A stretch of 50,576 nt of DNA from a virus (lineage: Duplodnaviria; Caudoviricetes): the IMG/VR virus record IMGVR_UViG_3300037424_002766, positions 1 through 50,576 of that record. One strand, given 5' to 3'. A program made the translations under genes and the position numbers. Each line of letters starts with the position of its first letter. The first letter of the stretch is position 1. Below the pieces are notes generated by a model. That model saw only the letters and a list, made by a program, of their open reading frames with translations. It was not told where the DNA came from and ran no database searches. This document shows, piece by piece, positions 37,701-45,252 of the stretch.

Positions 37701-38862
37701 AGAGAGGCTGACTGAAGATGAACTGAACAATAGCAATTGGAAAGGCTTCCAACAATATTGGAACATGTTCCTTGAAGGTGCAGCTGCTCAAGGTTATGAT
37801 ACTGGTGAGGTTGATAAAATTAAGGATTGGGTAATCCAGTATCTTGGATATTCATTTAATAAATCTCACTCACTTTCGTATTCATATCTTGCGATGCAGA
37901 CGCTTTACTTGAAGCACTATTATCCTACCGAGTTTTACACAGCACTATTGAATCACCCAAAGTCTGGAACCAAGGAGAAGCAGCAGCAGTGGATTGCATC
38001 AGCAATTGCATCAGCAATGTCAAAAGGAATAGTTATCAAGAGACCGTCAAGAAAGTCGGGTTGGGAATGGACAATGACTGATGACCATGAAATATCTATG
38101 GGGTTCTCAGGAATTAATGGATTGGGTCCAGTTGCTTATGAAGAAATGATTCATCTCATATCAGAAATTCCAGTGAAGGATGGAAATCCAAAAACTCTCG
38201 AAACTGTTAATATGAGCACATTCATGAGGTTGCCATTCAGTAAGTTTAATAAAGGTGCTTTTACAGCTTGTCTTAAGGCAGGTGTGTTTGATGATTGGAG
38301 TGATTCAAGAGAGCAATTGCTTGCTCTTAAGCAGAAGAAGAAAAAGAAAGTGGCGGCTAACCAGGGTGTGTTGTTTGATATGAATGACGCTGCTTTTGAT
38401 ATACCAGTTCAAAAGGAGGAGAATAAATATCCACCAACCTCTGAGGCATTAAAGAGGTCTGATTTCATTGATGTATGTAACTTTGACCTTGAAAAGATTA
38501 AATACATACTTGACATTAAGGGTAATGTGAATAAGAGGGCAAAGAGAGATAAGCCAGTGGAGACTGTGATTAATTTCGATGATAATGATTACTACATTTT
38601 CGTTGTAGAAACATTCAGGTTAGTTCAAGGAAAGACTGGGAAAGAATATCTGACGATGAAAGTTGGTGATGGAATTAGTCACACCACACTTAGGGCTTTT
38701 GAGCCAACGGTTCAAGACTTATTACCTATATTATGTGCAAATGGAATTTATGTTGCCGAATTTGTTAAGAATGAGAAGGGTTACATCAATTTTAAGAGAG
38801 GGACCAGAATAGTGAGGGTTGACAAAACACAAGAAGAGTTGAAAAATGAAGCTAACAATTGA
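34762..38862 (+). CDS. dnaE: DNA polymerase III alpha subunit with N-terminal DEDDh 3'-5' exonuclease and PHP domain
   Basis: FDTETTG, AHNITFD, AHDALADV (exonuclease); LHTFHS..AITD (PHP); GPARGSAAGS, FERFLNPER, PDIDID, HAAGVV, ALYRPGP, YSFNKSH. Confidence 0.96.
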   Translation: MYIVFDTETTGKAKSFSAPITDFNNWPRMVQIAWKVFDKNGVETDSQNLIIKPQGFIIPDDAAAIHRITTEIAKERGISLRTALEKFGEAVRNNKYLIAHNITFDENVVGCELLREGMHNYIPDIEHIDTMKRTTEYVAIPNIRGRSGFKYPTMTELHEKLFGRGFEDAHDALADVTALAKCFFKLQEIGVLGFKESDEEISVDSLVEFAEEKTLQESTPANSIPLVPLGLHTFHSILEGAGSVDEYIKKAQSLGHTSLAITDNATLSGTFEFYNKCKAKGIKPVFGIEILLNDNIGLFQEKNLEGDNFKVKIFIKDKRGYSNLNHLLYLANTEGLYNKEGRITTDWLLKNKEGLVVSTSGLDSKLASMVLRGKENDAENYVNMLRTEFGEDLIIELKFSKFPNQKQYNNFLLKMMRKYNIMPVLSNDTYYPNQDDSILQDIVTSIKQHRPMAYCSLKENRELWYFGSEDFKKMNAKYEFKYPDAFLELCMNNTLKVAEKCNFSFETGVEKYPRYEPTEEVIKYFGTDKPDEIIKKLAFAKLKQKIKKYQENKIIDMTEEKIKEYVDRLNYELSVIESKKMLDYFLVNWEIINFYRKQGYDIGPARGSAAGSLLSWCLDITKIDPIRFNLYFERFLNPERNSPPDIDIDFMTGTDDVTNKFLIDKYGKERVMSVGTFGTFSEKNTIKDVVRAYQGKEATGFGSDVFAVTDEMPDFLKYNDTLKHWFEVWPDKPECSPRVRNWIRDPKNKEMIEVALKLQGNIRGIGQHAAGVVITPDVSWNYVPTNIIASNENIVTAFQEADKSGKDLSALGILKLDRLKLETLNVIKETIEIVKKNKGIDISDKVDYVNLEDENLFIELRLGLNHGIFQFESHGMNNLIRGMQVEKFEELVACNALYRPGPMGIGAHEEFIMNKFNPEKIKLAHPALESILKETNGVLVFQEQLMFIADKIGGMGLGKGDNLRRYMDKASKIIARHSAGERLTEDELNNSNWKGFQQYWNMFLEGAAAQGYDTGEVDKIKDWVIQYLGYSFNKSHSLSYSYLAMQTLYLKHYYPTEFYTALLNHPKSGTKEKQQQWIASAIASAMSKGIVIKRPSRKSGWEWTMTDDHEISMGFSGINGLGPVAYEEMIHLISEIPVKDGNPKTLETVNMSTFMRLPFSKFNKGAFTACLKAGVFDDWSDSREQLLALKQKKKKKVAANQGVLFDMNDAAFDIPVQKEENKYPPTSEALKRSDFIDVCNFDLEKIKYILDIKGNVNKRAKRDKPVETVINFDDNDYYIFVVETFRLVQGKTGKEYLTMKVGDGISHTTLRAFEPTVQDLLPILCANGIYVAEFVKNEKGYINFKRGTRIVRVDKTQEELKNEANN

Positions 38863-39277
38863 ATTAGTTCCGAGTACAGCTTGGTATAGCAATGTACGTT
38901 CCAATGTTACTCCTGCAGAGTGGGATGTTCTTAGAAAGGAATGTTACAAAAAGGCTGGATATAAATGTGAGGTATGTGGTGGAAAAGGTCCCAATCATCC
39001 AGTTGAGTGTCATGAAATTTGGGAATATGATGATGGGGATTGTACGCAAACTCTTGGTGGTCTAATAGCCCTTTGCCCAGATTGCCATTCTACAAAACAT
39101 TTTGGATTTGCAAGAGTTTCTGGGAAAGAAAAAGAAGCTAAGTTACATCTAATGAAAGTTAATGATTTAACAGAAGAACAGGCGGATAAATATATTGAAG
39201 AGGTTTTTATGATTTGGGAAGAAAGAAGTAAATATGATTGGACCCTTGATATATCATTTTTAAACAAGGATGAATAG
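38846..39277 (+). CDS. HNH endonuclease
   Basis: CEVCG, ECHE.W, ALCPDCH..KH; overlaps the dnaE stop. Confidence 0.85.
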   Translation: MKLTIELVPSTAWYSNVRSNVTPAEWDVLRKECYKKAGYKCEVCGGKGPNHPVECHEIWEYDDGDCTQTLGGLIALCPDCHSTKHFGFARVSGKEKEAKLHLMKVNDLTEEQADKYIEEVFMIWEERSKYDWTLDISFLNKDE

Positions 39278-39300
39278 CTGTAGTTTAAAATAAACTACAG
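39278..39300. repeat. Perfect inverted repeat (10-bp arms, 3-nt spacer)
   Basis: CTGTAGTTTA-AAA-TAAACTACAG with no U-tail. Confidence 0.8.
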
Positions 39301-39336
39301 TAAAACATATTTTTTATTACTATTTATAAATAAAAA

Positions 39337-39939
39337 ATGGAAAATAGAAAATGTAGAACTTGTGATGAAATAAAAGGCTTAGATAATTATCATAAACATA
39401 ATGGCACATATAGGCTGGATTGTAAAGTATGCTTCAGGATGGCTGAGAAAGATAGAAGACTTAGTAGGATTAGTAAAGTGGATATTGAGCATGCAAATAA
39501 GATTTTAGAACACAGAAAAAAAATAGAAGAAAGAGGCGATTGCCCACATAACCATCAATGGTGCTATGGTTGTAATAATTATAAAAAAGAGAAAGATTTT
39601 TCTCCATATAGTTTAAAAAATCATGGAAAATGTAAAGATTGTAGTGGAAAACATGATATTGAAAGGGCAAGGATTTTTAAAAAAAGAGCAATAGAGCACT
39701 TAGGGGGCAAATGTGTTGAATGTGGGTTTGTAGGTCATTATGCAAGTTTTGAATTTCATCACGAAAACCCAGAAGAAAAAGAAATGAATTGGAATAAAAT
39801 GAGAAAAAAATCTTGGATTAATTTATTGCCTGAATTAAACAAATGTATTTTACTATGCTCAAATTGCCATGGAGTAGTGCATTGTAAATTAAATGATGAT
39901 GGTACTGTGAATGAAAAATATGTACCGTCAAATAGATAA
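39337..39939 (+). CDS. HNH endonuclease with N-terminal Cys motifs (putative homing endonuclease)
   Basis: Four CxxC pairs, then GGKCVECG, FEFHH, KCILLCSNCH; own late motif at 39321-39327. Confidence 0.82.
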   Translation: MENRKCRTCDEIKGLDNYHKHNGTYRLDCKVCFRMAEKDRRLSRISKVDIEHANKILEHRKKIEERGDCPHNHQWCYGCNNYKKEKDFSPYSLKNHGKCKDCSGKHDIERARIFKKRAIEHLGGKCVECGFVGHYASFEFHHENPEEKEMNWNKMRKKSWINLLPELNKCILLCSNCHGVVHCKLNDDGTVNEKYVPSNR

Positions 39940-39944
39940 ATAAT

Positions 39945-40346
39945 ATGAGTAAAGAAGAAAAAAGTTTTCACTTTGTTTATGTGACAGAGGAAGACGCAAG
40001 AAGAGAGTTAGAAGAAAAAATAGCTAACCTCACAGAAGATAAAAAATCTGACTTTAAATTTAAGGGAGAGTATTTTTATGAAATTGGTTCAGGCCACGAT
40101 TTTATTCACGGTTGGTTTTTTAATTATGTAACTAAAAGCGGAATACAAGGTACTAATTATAAAAATTATTGGGTAATTGGTGATGCTGAATATAAACTTA
40201 AGGATGATGTTTTTATAGAGATTCCAAAAGTTGAAACCAAGCCAATAGACTGGTCAGAATTTACATTTCCAATAGTTAAGGGTGTTAAAGCAAAAACAAT
40301 GAGTGAAGACTTATTACCAGTTCAGCCAAAAATAAAGGGGGAATGA
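39945..40346 (+). CDS. Hypothetical protein ending in a major-capsid (Gol-region)-like peptide
   Basis: FPIVKGVKAKTMSEDLLPVQP aligns without gaps to capsid FPIVRRVFSRLLANEIVSVQP. Confidence 0.65.
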   Translation: MSKEEKSFHFVYVTEEDARRELEEKIANLTEDKKSDFKFKGEYFYEIGSGHDFIHGWFFNYVTKSGIQGTNYKNYWVIGDAEYKLKDDVFIEIPKVETKPIDWSEFTFPIVKGVKAKTMSEDLLPVQPKIKGE

Positions 40347-40837
40347 ACATATACACAGACGGAGCTTGTAAAGAAAATTTAAGGGATAACGGTGTTGGTT
40401 GTGGTACTGGAGGCTGGGCTTTTGTAATCCTTGACCAGGAAGATGGTAAGGATATGGAAATTGTGATTTCCGATTCAGGGTTTAAAAGTGGAACTACAAA
40501 CCAGGAGATGGAGATAGTCGCTGTGGCTAAAGCTTTTGAAGCACTTAGGAATAGTAACTACGTAGTTAGTAGTGAGATTATCTTGTATTCAGACAGCGCT
40601 TATGTAATTAATTGTTTTAAAGATAGGTGGTATGAAAAGTGGCAATCAAATGGTTGGTTGAATAATAAGAAAAAACCAGTTGAAAATCGTGAATCTTGGG
40701 AGCGAGCTATAGAATCAATAGAAGGATTTAGCGTGGTTTTTCACCACGTCAATAGAAATACAGCTAAATATATTACAATGGTTGATGGAATGGCTAAGAG
40801 GGCTTCTAAGAAAGAAACCAACCAAGCACAGTTATAG
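40343..40837 (+). CDS. rnhA: Ribonuclease HI
   Basis: IYTDGAC, TTNQEME, YSDSAY, W..NGW...KKPVEN..W, VD.MA. Confidence 0.93.
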   Translation: MNIYTDGACKENLRDNGVGCGTGGWAFVILDQEDGKDMEIVISDSGFKSGTTNQEMEIVAVAKAFEALRNSNYVVSSEIILYSDSAYVINCFKDRWYEKWQSNGWLNNKKKPVENRESWERAIESIEGFSVVFHHVNRNTAKYITMVDGMAKRASKKETNQAQL

Positions 40838-41210
40838 CAGTACTAAATAAAGCGACCAAGATTGCGACAACAGTTTTTGTTTTTGCTTTAAAAGTTTTTA
40901 AGTCATCAATCTCCACTCTATCTTTTGCCTTTTCTTCTTTGATAGATTTGATTAATTCCTCAAGTCTATCAATTTCCTCACTTGAAGCTTTGATGTCTTG
41001 AAGGGCTTTTTTCATTTCCCTCAAGTCTTCTGGGTTTACAACGCTCTCTACATTTTCTTTCCAAGTCTTGATGTCATTAAGTGCGAATTTCATTCCAGCA
41101 ATTCTTGTCATCTCAAGATTTGTATTGTGTAGTTCGCTTGCCAATTTATCAATTTTCCCCTCCATTTTTTGGAGTTGTTGTAGTATGATGTTGTTGTCTT
41201 GAGTTGCCAT
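40806..41210 (-). CDS. Coiled-coil protein with a C-terminal transmembrane helix
   Basis: Heptad pattern, then VVAILVALFSTAITVLGWFLS; overlaps the rnhA 3' end by 32 nt. Confidence 0.7.
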   Translation of the reverse strand: MATQDNNIILQQLQKMEGKIDKLASELHNTNLEMTRIAGMKFALNDIKTWKENVESVVNPEDLREMKKALQDIKASSEEIDRLEELIKSIKEEKAKDRVEIDDLKTFKAKTKTVVAILVALFSTAITVLGWFLS

Positions 41211-41211
41211 A

Positions 41212-41382
41212 TTACTTCTTTATTTCTTGAGTAAGAGTATTCATGAAATTTACCTTGTTGTTTATTGTATTTCTTGCGCTTTGTAACTTGCTGATTAGGT
41301 CAGTCATTTTCTTGTTGTATTTCACTAATTCTTTGATTACAGCTCTTGAATTCTCATCAAAATTCGTCAAGATATTTTCCAT
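41212..41382 (-). CDS. Small coiled-coil protein (56 aa)
   Basis: ATG 41382; the track's upstream extension is a shadow of 41503..42318; stop lies 1 nt before the next start. Confidence 0.6.
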   Translation of the reverse strand: MENILTNFDENSRAVIKELVKYNKKMTDLISKLQSARNTINNKVNFMNTLTQEIKK

Positions 41383-41502
41383 GTTTAAGATAGATTTATG
41401 TAAGGTTGTCTCTTTATTGTATATATTCAATTTTTTTGCAAAAAACAGACCTTTTATTAAATAAAAGCCTTTTTCTTTTATATTTATTAAAAAGAAATTT
41501 AC

Positions 41503-42318
41503 ATGAGCACAAAAAAACAATTGATAGAACAATCGCTTAATAAGATGAAAATTCTTGTTGAGAGTAGGATTAATGAGGCTCCAACCCCAGGTGCAGTAGG
41601 CGCTACACCAGCTCCAGCCCCAGGCACACAAGCTCCAGCTGTGGACCCTCAGAGAGACCAAAAAATAGCACAAAATATTGATGTTACTATGGACCAGGCT
41701 ATGCAGACTATGGTTAGTAAGTTGCCTGGACTTCTCTCTAATTTTGCAAAATCCTCTGGAGATAAGGATGGTGTGATTGATGCACCTGGTGTTTACGATA
41801 ATAATACTCAATCTGCTGGACAATCAGCGGCAGGTAAGGCTCCTGCCCAGGCAGCTCCAGGACAAACAATACAAGAGGGAAAAATTAATGAAATTACATT
41901 TGATGAAGGAAAGTTTATGGAATGTATGGATGAGGAGTTGAGTGAAGGGGGTTTGCTTGGTCTTATAGCATCTGCTCCTGCTATACTTAAGTATGGTGGT
42001 AAAGCTGCCTCTTGGACTGGGGAGAAGATGAATTCTGCTTGGCTTAAGAAATGGGGGAATAAGACAGCTAAGGCTGGAGAAAAACTTCACCACAAATATA
42101 TTGCAGTAATTGAGAAGGCGTTGAAACCTTTTATGCCAAATGCTACTCCAGAACAACTACACAAGGCTGCTGATGGTATTTTCATGACTGGTGTTGCTAT
42201 TTTGTTTGCAGGAAGTCTTGCTCACCCTGGAATGCTAACAGGTGTCAAGGGGGCAGAGCTTGGAGAAAAAGGTCTTGCTGTTTTACAGAAGGTAATGCCA
42301 ACAGTAGGATTTGCATAA
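41503..42318 (+). CDS. Hypothetical late protein with hydrophobic/amphipathic C-terminal helices
   Basis: Late motif 41481-41487; INE/IQE/LSE sites precede GGLLGLIASAPAIL and GIFMTGVAILFAGSL. Confidence 0.7.
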   Translation: MSTKKQLIEQSLNKMKILVESRINEAPTPGAVGATPAPAPGTQAPAVDPQRDQKIAQNIDVTMDQAMQTMVSKLPGLLSNFAKSSGDKDGVIDAPGVYDNNTQSAGQSAAGKAPAQAAPGQTIQEGKINEITFDEGKFMECMDEELSEGGLLGLIASAPAILKYGGKAASWTGEKMNSAWLKKWGNKTAKAGEKLHHKYIAVIEKALKPFMPNATPEQLHKAADGIFMTGVAILFAGSLAHPGMLTGVKGAELGEKGLAVLQKVMPTVGFA

Positions 42319-42319
42319 T

Positions 42320-42784
42320 ATGGCTAAGAAAAGCTCATATAGCAAGTTGGTTAGGAAGGCTATGTCAAAAGCAAAGATTGGCGCAAACCCAGGTGTAGCA
42401 AAGTTGAGAAAGAAGAAAAAAATTCAGAAGATGGCTAATAAAATGTCAAAAAAGATGACAGAGCCAGAGCGAATATTTGCTGATATGATGGATGAATTGG
42501 AGATTCCTTATGAAACTCAAAAGATTATTGATAACAAAATTTATGACTTCTACATACCTTCCAAGAATATGATAATCGAGATAGATGGAGATTATTTTCA
42601 CGGAAATCCACTTATTTATGAATCGAAAAACTTAAATAAGATGCAATTAAGAAATCAGAGAAATGACACATTCAAAGATATTTTAGCAAAGGGTAGGGGT
42701 TTTGATTTAGAGAGAGTCTGGGAATATGACCTCAAGAACAATTATAAGGAACAAAAAAACAGATTTAAAAAACTATTGAAATAA
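42320..42784 (+). CDS. DUF559/Vsr-like PD-(D/E)xK endonuclease
   Basis: MTEPERIF, YDFYIP, IIEIDGDYFHG, RVWE; Lys-rich N-terminus. Confidence 0.85.
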   Translation: MAKKSSYSKLVRKAMSKAKIGANPGVAKLRKKKKIQKMANKMSKKMTEPERIFADMMDELEIPYETQKIIDNKIYDFYIPSKNMIIEIDGDYFHGNPLIYESKNLNKMQLRNQRNDTFKDILAKGRGFDLERVWEYDLKNNYKEQKNRFKKLLK

Positions 42785-43152
42785 TGGATAAGTCACTTAG
42801 GCGAATAATCAGAGAAGAGCTGTATAGAGTTATGCAAGAAATTGGAGAAGACCCTATGCAACTTAATAAGGAAATCGTTAAATCTAACGAGGAGCAGGTC
42901 AAAGACCTTGAGGCTGAGCTTAAGTTCAGACAAAATGATATGAGAGTATCTGGTCTTGAGCCAGAGGAGAAGAAAGCAAGGATTGCCATTATGAACACTG
43001 TTAAAGATAGGCTTGATATTGCTAAGAAAGAGCTTGAATTAGCTAAACAATCGGAGATTGGAATAGTGCAGATGCAGCAAAACCAATCTCAATCTGCTGA
43101 GATGTCTCAAACACAAAATGTATCTCAATCTCAGGTTCAGGCTCAAACATAA
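42784..43152 (+). CDS. Hypothetical coiled-coil protein with LRRIIREE motif and Gln-rich tail
   Basis: 122 aa; start overlaps the upstream stop. Confidence 0.7.
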   Translation: MDKSLRRIIREELYRVMQEIGEDPMQLNKEIVKSNEEQVKDLEAELKFRQNDMRVSGLEPEEKKARIAIMNTVKDRLDIAKKELELAKQSEIGIVQMQQNQSQSAEMSQTQNVSQSQVQAQT

Positions 43153-43233
43153 GGAAAACAAAAAAATATTTTCTATTTAGTTTAACTTTTTTATTGCTTA
43201 TTATTTATGAGAAATCATAAAAGCAATAATATT

Positions 43234-44151
43234 ATGGACAACACAATTGTATTAGGCGGTGGAGCATCAAAAAGCGGAAACACCAATTCTAATAATTATA
43301 ATCCTAATCAGGAAAACGAATCGCCTGTAACTGAGAGAATTGAAAGAACTGCTCAGGACATAGCAAAAGAGCACAACATTCCAGAACAATACCTTGAGAC
43401 AGAGTTCCAGGTTCCAACTGAAACCGTTGAGTTACCTTCTAAAGGCGTGTTCTACCCAAATAATAAATCTACTGTAACACTAAAATATCTTACTGCAGAA
43501 GAAGATGACATTCTTTATTCTCCAGACCTTATTAAGTCTGGTAAAGTTTTAGATGTTCTTCTTGATAAGGCGGTAATGGATAAAGACCTTAGACCAGACG
43601 ACATGCTTTCTGGAGACAGAAATTTTCTTCTCATAGAAATGAGAAAAACAGGGCTTGGAGCGGACTACATTCCAGGGGAAATATCTTGTCCATCTTGTGG
43701 TCAAATTCATACTCCAGTAATCGACCTTGAGAGACTTAACTCTAAAGTTCTTGAAATTATGCCAGACTCATCAGGAGAATACGATGTTCAATTACCTATC
43801 ATTAAGGCTAACATTAAGTTTAGACTTCTTACTGGTAAGGATGAAAAGAGATTGTCTAAAGCTGCTGAAGTAAAAGGAAATAGTGGTGGTGGAATCAAAG
43901 TTGCAAAGCTTGTTACCGAGAAGTACGTGATGCAAATTATGGAAGTTAACGGTAATAGAGATAAACTTCACATTAAAAAATTCATTAGCATTATGCCGAT
44001 GAAAGATTCAGCTTTCTTCAGAGAATATCTGAGAAGAGTTGAGCCAGGATTGGACCTTTCTTATGATTTCGAATGTCCAAATTGTGCTCACATTGATAAC
44101 AGGGATATTCCTGTTACACCTAAATTGTTCTATCCAGACTTAGATAATTAA
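43234..44151 (+). CDS. T4 gp26-like baseplate hub/tail assembly chaperone, copy 1
   Basis: VELPSKG.FY, KYLTAEEDDIL, GDRN, two CxxC motifs, FRLLTGKDE, EPGLDL. Confidence 0.8.
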   Translation: MDNTIVLGGGASKSGNTNSNNYNPNQENESPVTERIERTAQDIAKEHNIPEQYLETEFQVPTETVELPSKGVFYPNNKSTVTLKYLTAEEDDILYSPDLIKSGKVLDVLLDKAVMDKDLRPDDMLSGDRNFLLIEMRKTGLGADYIPGEISCPSCGQIHTPVIDLERLNSKVLEIMPDSSGEYDVQLPIIKANIKFRLLTGKDEKRLSKAAEVKGNSGGGIKVAKLVTEKYVMQIMEVNGNRDKLHIKKFISIMPMKDSAFFREYLRRVEPGLDLSYDFECPNCAHIDNRDIPVTPKLFYPDLDN

Positions 44152-44152
44152 T

Positions 44153-45205
44153 ATGTCAGAAAATCATCAAGAAGATAGTACAATTAAGTCTATTGATGAT
44201 TTGAAAAGGGAGTTGTCAGAATCTGTAGATGAGCTAAGTAAAAAGTTTAGTGAAAATACAGAAGAGGTGAAGAGGCTTTCGGCCCTCATCCAACAAGAAA
44301 AGAAGGATAAGCACATAGAGAGGCCTTTTGAGATGTTATTTATACCCTCAAGAGGCCTTTTTTATCCAAGTAAAGAGAACTACCTGCTTCTAAATCAACT
44401 GACTTACGTTGAGGAAAACTTACTCACCAGTGAATTCCTTGTGGAATCTGGTAAGGCTATGGAGTTTGTTCTCAAGAATATTCTTGTGGAACAAAATGTC
44501 AGACCAGAGCAGTTACTTACTGGTGATGTTCAGGCTATTAGCTTATTTCTTCGTTCATTTGCGTATGGAGATAATCTTGATATAGAATTTGATTGTCATT
44601 CATGTGGATACAAGGAAGAGGTTCCGATTAGACTTTCATCATTTCAGATGAAGGATGTTGTTGTGGCTCCAGAGAATGGGTTAATTCCAATGCTATTGGA
44701 TGAACTCATATTCATGTTCAAACCTCTCACATATTTTGAAGACCTTGGTATGACAAGGGCTAAAGTTAGTGCTTTGGAGAGAATTATCTACATGACTCAA
44801 TCAATTAATGGATGTGAGGACAAGATGATTATATCTCAAGTTCTTAGAAAGATGAAGTTACCAGAGATAAGAAGAATCAAAAAATTTCTTCAGAAAGCAA
44901 TTCCAGGTGTTGATGCCAATGTGCATCATGTTTGTTCATCTTGCGGAAAAACTAATACTTATAATTTTGGAGGAGCTCATAGCTTTCTCGCATTTCCACC
45001 TTCTTTCAGGGAAAATGTTCATGAAGAATGTTTCCTTGTTGCTTATTATGGAAAGGGCGTTGACCATGAGAGCGTAAAGAGAATGCCAGTAACCGAGAGG
45101 AGATGGCTTTTGAATAGAATAAATGAAGAGCTTACCAAGAAAAAGGAGGCTGAAGAAAAAGCGCATAGGGCCGCAAAAGCAAAGTCAAAAGGTAAGGGTA
45201 GATAA
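44153..45205 (+). CDS. gp26-like paralog fused to a gp51/T-like C-terminal domain
   Basis: IPSRG.FYP, LTYVEEN.L, GDV, two CxxC motifs, IPGVD, then the extension ..RMPVTERRWLL.. Confidence 0.75.
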   Translation: MSENHQEDSTIKSIDDLKRELSESVDELSKKFSENTEEVKRLSALIQQEKKDKHIERPFEMLFIPSRGLFYPSKENYLLLNQLTYVEENLLTSEFLVESGKAMEFVLKNILVEQNVRPEQLLTGDVQAISLFLRSFAYGDNLDIEFDCHSCGYKEEVPIRLSSFQMKDVVVAPENGLIPMLLDELIFMFKPLTYFEDLGMTRAKVSALERIIYMTQSINGCEDKMIISQVLRKMKLPEIRRIKKFLQKAIPGVDANVHHVCSSCGKTNTYNFGGAHSFLAFPPSFRENVHEECFLVAYYGKGVDHESVKRMPVTERRWLLNRINEELTKKKEAEEKAHRAAKAKSKGKGR

Positions 45206-45252
45206 GGGATTATTTAAAAAAATGACCTATTTATTAGAAAACTATCTTTGTA

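Noticed and set aside
30576-38862. Inteins or introns in terminase, portal or DnaE
   Set aside because: Motifs are colinear at normal spacing with no intein-like insert. Extra DnaE length is the exonuclease; extra portal length is a low-complexity tail.
41359-41382. MENILTNF resembling MENISYNF at the start of 12073
   Set aside because: Similarity stops after 8 residues; likely chance.
41383-41823. 203-aa minus-strand ORF 41212..41823 and other antisense or nested ORFs (e.g. 639..1109, 15620..16192, 50152..50571)
   Set aside because: Shadows of well-supported genes on the other strand or frame, with no motifs or promoters.
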